Positions 57,332 to 64,000 of a stretch of 64,000 nucleotides of DNA are shown here, piece by piece. The DNA is from an uncultured Fervidobacterium sp. (lineage in GTDB: Bacteria > Thermotogota > Thermotogae > Thermotogales > Fervidobacteriaceae): the NCBI GenBank assembly GCA_964452455.1, contig CAYVMA010000002.1, forward strand, positions 6,283-70,282, written 5' to 3'. Numbering within the stretch: position 1 is the first letter of the stretch; every line of letters starts with the position of its first letter. The notes below the pieces were generated by a model, which was not told the origin of the DNA, made no database searches, and saw nothing but the letters and a program-made list of their open reading frames with translations. Both the position numbers and the translations under genes were made by a program.

Positions 57332-57988
57332 TTATTTCTTTGCTTCCTCGATTATCGAATTCAGCGCTTTAAAGAAATCTACTCCGGATTTTCCAAGTTC
57401 TTCTATCTGCTTATTTATCTCTTCATTTGCTTTTAGAGCTTCAATGACACCTTCCGGGTCAAATACAAGCAATACATTAGTATAAACGAGTGAGCCCACT
57501 CTCTCTTCCCAAATTGCGTACACGTAAGCACCAGAAATTTGAGCTTCAGAGAACATCTGCGTTACTCTTTTATACGCTTCAACAGCGATGCTTTTAACCT
57601 CTTGTGATTTTGAATCCGAAATATTTTGTAATTGACTTTCAACAAGCGCTGCAAAAGTTTGAACCTTGGCATTGAAATATTCAGCAAGTTCTTTGTATGC
57701 ATTAATCTTTGCCTTTTCTCTTGCACTAACTGTATCAATGCCTGCACCTATGCTTTGGCCCACAAAGGCGATTAATCTTCCCGCTTTGTATAGCTCACCA
57801 ACCCTTTTTTCCATACTGTTGTTCACAAAGACAATAGTAGCATCTTTGGGAATACTTTGAATCTTATATCCGTTAGCCGTTATCCATTGATATTGGTCCT
57901 GTTGAAATAACGTAAAAAGAAGAAACACCCCCAATACTGCTGATAATATTACTACAGCCCATAAAACACCGTTGTTTTCAAATATCAC
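57332..57988 (-). CDS. N-terminally membrane-anchored protein with LPP20-like motifs (paralog A).
   Basis: TM helix at residues 8-28. The motif AREKAKINAYKELAEYFNAKVQTFAALVESQLQN is shared nearly verbatim with the 60331-60996 gene. LPP20 similarity is judged by pattern only. Confidence 0.6.
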   Translation of the reverse strand: MIFENNGVLWAVVILSAVLGVFLLFTLFQQDQYQWITANGYKIQSIPKDATIVFVNNSMEKRVGELYKAGRLIAFVGQSIGAGIDTVSAREKAKINAYKELAEYFNAKVQTFAALVESQLQNISDSKSQEVKSIAVEAYKRVTQMFSEAQISGAYVYAIWEERVGSLVYTNVLLVFDPEGVIEALKANEEINKQIEELGKSGVDFFKALNSIIEEAKK

Positions 57989-58023
57989 GTGAGCACACCT
58001 CCTTAGAGGAAATTTTATTAATT

Positions 58024-60255
58024 TTACTTAGTCACTTGATAATTAAAATCCGATATCTTCTTAATTTTCAGAGCATCAACTGTGGAAAGGAATTTTTCCA
58101 TATCAGCCATAGGAACGTTTTCTATCTCCACTATCAATTTTGTATCGGTCTTTTCAACAACTCTAACTTTATCATAATTCGCGTTTAAGTAATCAAGCAA
58201 AATGGAGCCGTAGATTACTCTTTCAAGCACAAACGTGTATTTGTAAACTGCAATTGGTTGTGCGTTTTCGAATCTAAGAGAACTTGCTACAGCATCTACG
58301 TATTCTTTGAATTTTTGACCAGATGTTGTCTTAGATAAAGCCGCTTGCTCAGTAGCTCCTGTGTTAACTTCCTCAAATCTTAAAGTATCAAGTATGTTAC
58401 CAGTTATAGTGTCAATAATCTGTGTTGTAATCAACGTTCTAACAGAATAAACTTTGTAATCTGGCAAGTACGTTGCTGCACTGTTAACAATCACGTAAAT
58501 CAAGTACCTTGCTGCACTCAATGCTGTTACTTTAGCCAGCACAGTTGGTGGCAGATTACTCTTTACCTGGGCCTCCAGGATTTTCCTTGAGAAGTCCTTA
58601 GACACGAGCTTTATACCAGAAGACAGTAATCCATCAATTATCGCAGGTTCGATGTATCCTAATTTATCCCCTTCGGTTAGAACCAATGCAAAGCCGACCG
58701 GGGCATTTTTCAAAGCTTCTTTAATATAATTCTCAAAATCATATTTCTTAATCTTTGAACTCACGAGGACATAATATAAACCTGCGTATTCTCCTGTTGC
58801 CGATATTTCGTAGTCGATGGCTCCAATAACTTTGGTGAGAATATATTCATCTAATGGAACGTCCAACAGTTCCCTCTCACTACCAATAAGTAACTCAGAG
58901 GCAGCTTTTTTCATAGTTTTTACTAAAGCATCCTTCAAAGCATTCTCACGCATTAACTTTTGGTCTGATATTATCTTAGCAGTCCCACCGGCTAAAATCT
59001 TTAACTCTGCGTCTGTTTTGTAGACCGTTTTCAGTATGTCAGGGTTCACCCTAACGCTTCCTGGAGCCCATGTAGCATTTACCATTCCGGCGAGCGAAAC
59101 TGTTACCTTTGACGTGCTAGATTTGACAAGCACAGACAATACAGCATTCCCATCGCTAAGTGTTACCAAGTCTTGTGCTTCAACCTGTTCTCCGAAAACC
59201 CACAACGATTTTACCTGAGTAGGTTCTACAAAAATCTCAAGTTTTACTTGTTCTCCAAGTAGTACATCCTGAGGACCTTTAATCGATATTTTCACGTCAT
59301 TCAAAAACGGCGTAAGTTTGTCAACATCCACGGAACCAGGCGGTAAGTCATTAACCATCGAGAACAATTCGTTTAAATAGTTAGCCACTTCTAGTGCACT
59401 TTTCTTATCAGTAACTCGTGCGGAGTTTATACTAGCGGTGAGGTTTTGAACCCTATCGTATCTCCTTCTGATATCATTTACAATTTGAATCAGCTCTTCT
59501 GCAGTCTTTGGAGGAAAAGTATTTGCTGACAAAAGAGGTTCGTATTTATCAGCAATAGCCTTTGCGGAAAATATCATCTTAGAGTCAAGCAGTGATTTAC
59601 CAAGTCTTATAGCGAGAAATGCCTCTAATTGCTGTTTTGCTTTTTCGGCCTCTATATATACTTGGACTTTTGCATAATACTGGTTTCCAACTTTCTTCCT
59701 CTCTGTAGTTCTATACGAAACCCCCAGTAATTCCATTTCTGACTTCGTTTGAATCGTCTTTTCGTATTGAGTTTCGAATTTTTCCTTCACTTTTCCATCT
59801 TGAATCATCGTTGTAAGCTTTTCTTTTAATACAGCGGAGGATTTTACTTCCACGTACAGTTGTTCAATCAGCTTTTGGAGTCCATTGTTTTTGGCCATTT
59901 CTTCTGCTTCTAATTCCGTTTTGCCGTAACCTTCACCAAAGACTTCGATATATGCATTCGAAAGCTGTGCTGGAGGTTGCACTGGTGATATTTGAACCGA
60001 TGCCTGGGATTGTTGAGGCTGTGACGAAGGCTGAGAAGATTGTGATGGTTGTGTTGCTTGAGGTGGCTGAACTTGCTCTTGGGCAGTGCCAGGACTTGTA
60101 GCTGTGCTTATTGTCTTATTTATGTCCTCCATAGTCTTAATAGCAGACGATGTATCAGGCTGATTTACTTCAGGTTTGGGTATTAAGAGAAAGAAACCTG
60201 CAACTAAAATACCTATCAACAAAGCGGAAATTATCAACAGTGTTGTCGAATCCAT
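58024..60255 (-). CDS. Large N-terminally membrane-anchored protein: Q/P/S-rich linker plus multiple LPP20-like and beta-rich modules.
   Basis: TM helix and linker QPPQATQPSQSSQPSSQPQQSQ. Then GEGYGKTELEAEEMAKNNGLQKLIEQLYVEVKS and later GGTAKIISDQKLMRENALKDALVKTMKKAAS modules. Confidence 0.6.
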   Translation of the reverse strand: MDSTTLLIISALLIGILVAGFFLLIPKPEVNQPDTSSAIKTMEDINKTISTATSPGTAQEQVQPPQATQPSQSSQPSSQPQQSQASVQISPVQPPAQLSNAYIEVFGEGYGKTELEAEEMAKNNGLQKLIEQLYVEVKSSAVLKEKLTTMIQDGKVKEKFETQYEKTIQTKSEMELLGVSYRTTERKKVGNQYYAKVQVYIEAEKAKQQLEAFLAIRLGKSLLDSKMIFSAKAIADKYEPLLSANTFPPKTAEELIQIVNDIRRRYDRVQNLTASINSARVTDKKSALEVANYLNELFSMVNDLPPGSVDVDKLTPFLNDVKISIKGPQDVLLGEQVKLEIFVEPTQVKSLWVFGEQVEAQDLVTLSDGNAVLSVLVKSSTSKVTVSLAGMVNATWAPGSVRVNPDILKTVYKTDAELKILAGGTAKIISDQKLMRENALKDALVKTMKKAASELLIGSERELLDVPLDEYILTKVIGAIDYEISATGEYAGLYYVLVSSKIKKYDFENYIKEALKNAPVGFALVLTEGDKLGYIEPAIIDGLLSSGIKLVSKDFSRKILEAQVKSNLPPTVLAKVTALSAARYLIYVIVNSAATYLPDYKVYSVRTLITTQIIDTITGNILDTLRFEEVNTGATEQAALSKTTSGQKFKEYVDAVASSLRFENAQPIAVYKYTFVLERVIYGSILLDYLNANYDKVRVVEKTDTKLIVEIENVPMADMEKFLSTVDALKIKKISDFNYQVTK

Positions 60256-60291
60256 AGGAACACCTCCTCTTTAAAAACCCCAATAAAACAA

Positions 60292-60313
60292 CCCCCTGCT
60301 TTATAGCAGGGGG
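60292..60313 (-). terminator. Hairpin terminator or attenuator between paralog B and the 743-aa gene.
   Basis: CCCCCTGC-tttata-GCAGGGGG, followed on the minus strand by TTGTTTTATTGGGGTTTTT. It ends only about 35 nt before the next start codon. Confidence 0.55.
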
Positions 60314-60330
60314 CATCGCAGACCAACTTA

Positions 60331-60996
60331 TTATTTCTTTTCCATTGGTGTCCCTTTAGTTGCTTCTTGTAAGACAGCATTCAAGTTCTCAAAGAAGTTA
60401 ACCCCTTGTTTTCCAAGCTCGTCCACTTTTTGTTTCACCAAAGCATCAACCTCTATCAATTTCAAAATCTGAGCCGGGTCGTACACTAATAGCACGTATG
60501 TGTAAACCAGGTTATCTCTCTTAACCTTCCACGCTGCAAATTCGTAGGCACCTGACACTCTTCCTTCAGCAAACAATTCCGTTACTCTTTTGTATGCGTC
60601 CACTGACGCACTCACTACCTCTTGTTTCTTACTGCCGGATACCTGCACATTTTGTAGCTGACCTTCTACAAGTTGTGCAAATGTTGTAACCTTTGCGTTC
60701 AAAAACTCTGCAATCTTTTGATATGCACGTATCTTTGCTTTTTCTCTATCCTGTGTTGTTCCCAAACCTTGTGCCTCACCTTCAAATGCTATCAGTTGAC
60801 CTTTTTGAACAAGAGTCTTCACACTCAATGCTTTTGACTGGTCAACAAAAATAATCTCCGCATCGTTTGGAACCTTCCAGACTTTTACGCCGTCAACTTC
60901 GATGTACTTATCCTTTGGCATGAGAAGAAAAATCCCACCAACAACAACCGCGGCAACAAGAACCCCAACCAAAACCCACGTTAATGTGTTATCCAT
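60331..60996 (-). CDS. N-terminally membrane-anchored protein with LPP20-like motifs (paralog B).
   Basis: TM helix. DREKAKIRAYQKIAEFLNAKVTTFAQLVEGQLQN and VSGAYEFAAWKVKRDNLVYTYVLLVYDP align with paralog A over the full length. Confidence 0.6.
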   Translation of the reverse strand: MDNTLTWVLVGVLVAAVVVGGIFLLMPKDKYIEVDGVKVWKVPNDAEIIFVDQSKALSVKTLVQKGQLIAFEGEAQGLGTTQDREKAKIRAYQKIAEFLNAKVTTFAQLVEGQLQNVQVSGSKKQEVVSASVDAYKRVTELFAEGRVSGAYEFAAWKVKRDNLVYTYVLLVYDPAQILKLIEVDALVKQKVDELGKQGVNFFENLNAVLQEATKGTPMEKK

Positions 60997-61129
60997 AGTT
61001 ACACCTCCTATGCCTGAGTAATAGTGAGAAACTCAACTTAAAATAATGCAAAAATAGCGAACTCACATTAATCACTAAATATTTAGACGCCTTGATTTCT
61101 AAAACCGTTCAAAGAAGTGCTTAGGTTTT

Positions 61130-62071
61130 TTAAGAACTCTTATTCAAATAAAATACCATTTCAACAACTACGCCTTTTCCTTTCTCAGAGAGTACAACCA
61201 TTTTATCTGAGAATCTTTTCATGTTAGGTAACCCCATTCCAGCACCAAATCCTAACTCTCTCACATAATCCGGCGCCGTTGAATAACCTTCTTTCATTGC
61301 CAATTCGATGTTTTCGATACCCTTTCCCCGGTCTTCCACTCTGACGATAATCCGGTCAGACGCTAAAAAACAGAATATTTCACCCTCACTCCCGCTATGT
61401 ATGACCACATTTGTTTCAGCTTCGTAGGTGGCTACTGCAACTCTCCTCACATCTTGCTCAGGTATACCTTTACTTATCAAGAACTTTTTCAATTGAGCTG
61501 CACCTATACCAGCTAAATTAACATCGAAGTAGTCAATTTTGAAGTAAAAATCTGCCCCTTTTTTGTCAATTTCCTCACCAGTGACCAAAGACCTACTCAA
61601 GACATCTTGCTCAAGTACTTCTCTTCGTCTCTCATCATGTAGATAAAGCAAACCAAGTCTAGTAGCAACTGCGGCAAGGATATCGTTTTTCGTAACTATA
61701 CCAACAAGCTTCCCCTGAGCATCAACAACTGGAAATCTGCCGTATCGATATCTTTCGAAATGCTTAATCACATCTTGCAATGTAGCGTCTTCACTTAAAC
61801 AAACCACGTTTTTAGTCATGTGTTCGTTGACGCTTTCGTTAAGTGTACCATTTTCAAGGCATTTTATGATATCTTCTATGCTTATTATGCCAACCACAAC
61901 ATTGTTGTCGTCTACAACAGGGACTCCAGAGATTCTTTTCAGTCGAAGTATTTCTTTTACCTGTGCAACCGTTCTGTCTGGCTTTACGTAAATTACATCT
62001 TTGGTCATGAACTCTTTTACGCTTATATTAGCAAAAACCTTTTGAACCTTTTCTAAAATCTCGGAAGTCAA
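61130..62071 (-). CDS. CBS-pair domain fused to an RsbW/SpoIIAB-like histidine-kinase-type ATPase (anti-sigma-factor-like Ser/Thr kinase fold).
   Basis: Two CBS repeats (ISGVPVVDDNNVVVGIISIEDI and YGRFPVVDAQGKLVGIVTKNDI). C-terminal HATPase motifs VEDRGKGIEN and GFGAGMGLPNM. TTG start after GAGGTGA. Confidence 0.75.
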   Translation of the reverse strand: MTSEILEKVQKVFANISVKEFMTKDVIYVKPDRTVAQVKEILRLKRISGVPVVDDNNVVVGIISIEDIIKCLENGTLNESVNEHMTKNVVCLSEDATLQDVIKHFERYRYGRFPVVDAQGKLVGIVTKNDILAAVATRLGLLYLHDERRREVLEQDVLSRSLVTGEEIDKKGADFYFKIDYFDVNLAGIGAAQLKKFLISKGIPEQDVRRVAVATYEAETNVVIHSGSEGEIFCFLASDRIIVRVEDRGKGIENIELAMKEGYSTAPDYVRELGFGAGMGLPNMKRFSDKMVVLSEKGKGVVVEMVFYLNKSS

Positions 62072-62125
62072 ACCACGTCACCTCTTCGAATATTTGAAAT
62101 CAAAAATGTAAACATTCCTAAGCTT

Positions 62126-62506
62126 TCACCAGTTTGTCTGGACCATTATGCATTTGATAAAAGAAAAATCTGCATCTGACAGTGTTTTTGAGAATTCAAT
62201 TATCTCTTCCGATTCTGCACCTGGCTGGAACCAGAATTTACGAAATCCACGGCTGTAAGCTTTTTTTAACTCCTCAAGCCCTACATCTGGTGGAACAATA
62301 AAAACTATCAAATCAACATCATCTGGTAGTTCATCAACACTCTTGTAGGTTTTTATCCCTTCGATAACATCGTACTTCGGGCTAACTGGAAGAACATCAA
62401 AGCCTTTCTTCTTCAAGTCCTTTAGAACAATATTTCCAAACTTTTGAGGATTTGTTGTTGCACCAACAATGGCTACTCTTCTGATTTCCCTTAAATTAAT
62501 ACTCAT
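62126..62506 (-). CDS. CoA-binding domain protein (YccU/YneT-like).
   Basis: RRVAIVGATTNPQKFGN...VDLIVFIVPP Rossmann-like CoA-binding pattern. Confidence 0.8.
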   Translation of the reverse strand: MSINLREIRRVAIVGATTNPQKFGNIVLKDLKKKGFDVLPVSPKYDVIEGIKTYKSVDELPDDVDLIVFIVPPDVGLEELKKAYSRGFRKFWFQPGAESEEIIEFSKTLSDADFSFIKCIMVQTNW

Positions 62507-62537
62507 ACCAAAATCCCACCTTTCTTTTATAACTACG

Positions 62538-63788
62538 TTACTCTGTTAAACTTTTTTCAAAATCACTAATTTCTTTTTGGATAGATGACATGAAATCAAT
62601 ACTTTCAAAATTGAAACCACCGTAAACAAGCTCTTTCAAGATGCTTACAGGTCCAGGGTCAAGAACCCCATTAGAAACTGCCCTTTGCACTTCTTCTAAA
62701 GCTTTCTCAGGACTATTGGGACCTCTGTAAGGTCTCGGTTCCAATACTGCGACAAAGTAATCTGCAACTTGTAGAATCTTATCCTTAAATGTCATTTCAG
62801 ACCCTTTTAGCTTCCAAGGATAACCACTTCCATCAACTCGTTCCTGATGCCTGACGGCGGGCCAAAACCACGGTTCATTTTGGTGCTCTAAAAGTATGAG
62901 ATAACTATAGTAAACATGCTTTTTCATTATATCCATCTCAGAAGTTGTCAACTTTCCTTTCTTTTCTAGAATACTTATCGGAGTTGTTATTTTTCCTATG
63001 TCGTGGAATAGACCAGCAATGAAGAATTCTTCTTCCTTAAGCAAAATTTCCTTTGCGATAGCTCCCGCCAAGTTAGCTACTCGCCAACTGTGTGCACGTG
63101 TAAATTCGCTCTTTGAGTCAATTATGTAAGACAAAACCGCTCCCATTTCAACAATTTCTTCAAAACTCATAGTCTCCTGTATGGAGTAATCTTGGATTAG
63201 CTTTTCCCTGTTAAACCCAGCTTTTATATCATAAAGCATCCATCTTGTGTATTCCTGTTTTAAGACACTCAGCGCAGCATCGTACACAAAATCGAAGAAT
63301 CTGTTTTTTATTGTGGATAAAGGAATAATAAAATCATCATAGGTCATCTCTTCGTCGTTCACAAGTACGTACTTAGATATTTCTTCACTGATAGACACAA
63401 CATTGGCTGCGATATCTTTTGTCGAACTCTCGTTCAGATAATGTGGTAAGGCGTGGTGGAGTAAAATGCTTGCAGACAAGTTTGGAAACCTTTTGGAAAG
63501 AAACGATATCTTTGAGACCTCAAACGCAGAGATTAGTGTGTGATCTTTGGTAGGAGCTTCAAACGTGGGAATATCCTCTTTAATAAGAAATTCGTTGTTA
63601 ATATCATCTAGTAAAATACCTTTATGCGGTGTCAAAACCCCAAGGTCATGGAGAACACCGCAATAAAATAATTCCAGTTCATCAAGTCCCAATTGCTTAC
63701 CTATTTTTGATGCAATAAAGCCAACTTGCAGAGAATGTACACCAAATTTTGGAACGAACATTATCGTTTTCAAAAGTATATCAACCAA
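62538..63788 (-). CDS. Cytoplasmic tandem HD-domain protein: a degenerate N-terminal HD domain plus a C-terminal HD-GYP with a variant HQE motif.
   Basis: N-half: HSLQVG...VLHDLG, without GYP. C-half: HSWRVA...LFHDIGKITTP...RHQERVDGSGYP, where the canonical motif is HHExxDGxGYP. TTG start after GAGGTGA. Confidence 0.8.
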   Translation of the reverse strand: MVDILLKTIMFVPKFGVHSLQVGFIASKIGKQLGLDELELFYCGVLHDLGVLTPHKGILLDDINNEFLIKEDIPTFEAPTKDHTLISAFEVSKISFLSKRFPNLSASILLHHALPHYLNESSTKDIAANVVSISEEISKYVLVNDEEMTYDDFIIPLSTIKNRFFDFVYDAALSVLKQEYTRWMLYDIKAGFNREKLIQDYSIQETMSFEEIVEMGAVLSYIIDSKSEFTRAHSWRVANLAGAIAKEILLKEEEFFIAGLFHDIGKITTPISILEKKGKLTTSEMDIMKKHVYYSYLILLEHQNEPWFWPAVRHQERVDGSGYPWKLKGSEMTFKDKILQVADYFVAVLEPRPYRGPNSPEKALEEVQRAVSNGVLDPGPVSILKELVYGGFNFESIDFMSSIQKEISDFEKSLTE

Positions 63789-63935
63789 TTCTTTTCACCT
63801 CTGGTATCTATTATAACACAACGCAAGCCTAATTAATGTGTTTTTTTTGATAAAGTTTACCTTGAAAAAACATGGCTACAAAAGTATTGTCACCTAGAAT
63901 CAATCCGTTCATTGGGTTGCAGTCAATGAAAGCTC

Positions 63936-63963
63936 TTGATTTTTAATTGAGCTATGGTATAAT
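63936..63963 (+). promoter_or_regulatory. Candidate promoter (TTGATT, 16-nt spacer, TGgTATAAT) firing rightward out of the window.
   Basis: The motif was read directly. Only about 37 nt of the transcript are visible. Confidence 0.45.
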
Positions 63964-64000
63964 TACGTAGGACTTTGCAAGCTTGGTAGGGATTCCGAGC

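Noticed and set aside
59990-60100. Repetitive-looking DNA (ggctg/tgtga/ttgag units) inside the 743-aa gene.
   Set aside because: It is the coding sequence of the Q/P/S-rich linker (QPPQATQPSQSSQPSSQPQQSQ). This is a low-complexity protein spacer, not a DNA repeat element.
63964-64000. ggtagggattccgagc at the window edge, considered as a possible start of a cobalamin or other riboswitch.
   Set aside because: Only a few nucleotides loosely resemble a riboswitch core. The fragment is far too short, and the resemblance is not specific.

Overview
This is a dense core-chromosome segment from an AT-rich thermophile. It is most consistent with Thermotogota, possibly Fervidobacterium-like. That assignment is an inference from the protein sequences and from two syntenies: the Thermotoga-type ffh-rpsP-KH-rimM-trmD-SPOUT-rplS-lepB block and the glmU-prs-rplY(ctc)-pth block. 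I support about 67 protein-coding genes. By eye I found no rRNA, tRNA, CRISPR array, transposase, integrase or phage genes.

Recognisable content:
- a sarcosine-oxidase / L-proline-dehydrogenase / HcnABC-like three-gene flavoenzyme operon
- several c-di-GMP proteins (REC-GGDEF, a membrane HD-GYP, a tandem HD/HD-GYP)
- pyruvate phosphate dikinase
- a type II fatty-acid synthesis cluster (fabF-fabZ-fabK-fabD-bioY-fabG, with degV and a divergent acpP)
- folE2
- a large SpoIID/LytB protein
- an Asp23 pair
- a niaR-pncA NAD salvage pair
- a DEAD-box helicase with a long structured leader
- a PelF-like glycosyltransferase next to a deacetylase-like protein

Loci most worth a second look:
1. An nqrBCDEF-type operon with a genuine NqrF but no NqrA, RnfC or RnfB. 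It is transcribed divergently from an exported protein with four cytochrome-b5-like repeats and a small His-bearing membrane protein.
2. A three-gene set of N-terminally membrane-anchored proteins with LPP20-like motifs (two paralogs flanking a 743-aa protein). It lies downstream of a tandem-HD/HD-GYP, CoA-binding and CBS-HATPase operon.
3. A translationally coupled operon encoding a periplasmic-binding-protein-like gene, a membrane HD-GYP and a TPR protein.
4. The minimal PelF-like plus deacetylase-like pair.

None of these can be shown to be novel from sequence alone. All functional calls rest on motif recognition, not database searches. Many start codons in the supplied ORF track were moved to the first start preceded by a Shine-Dalgarno sequence.
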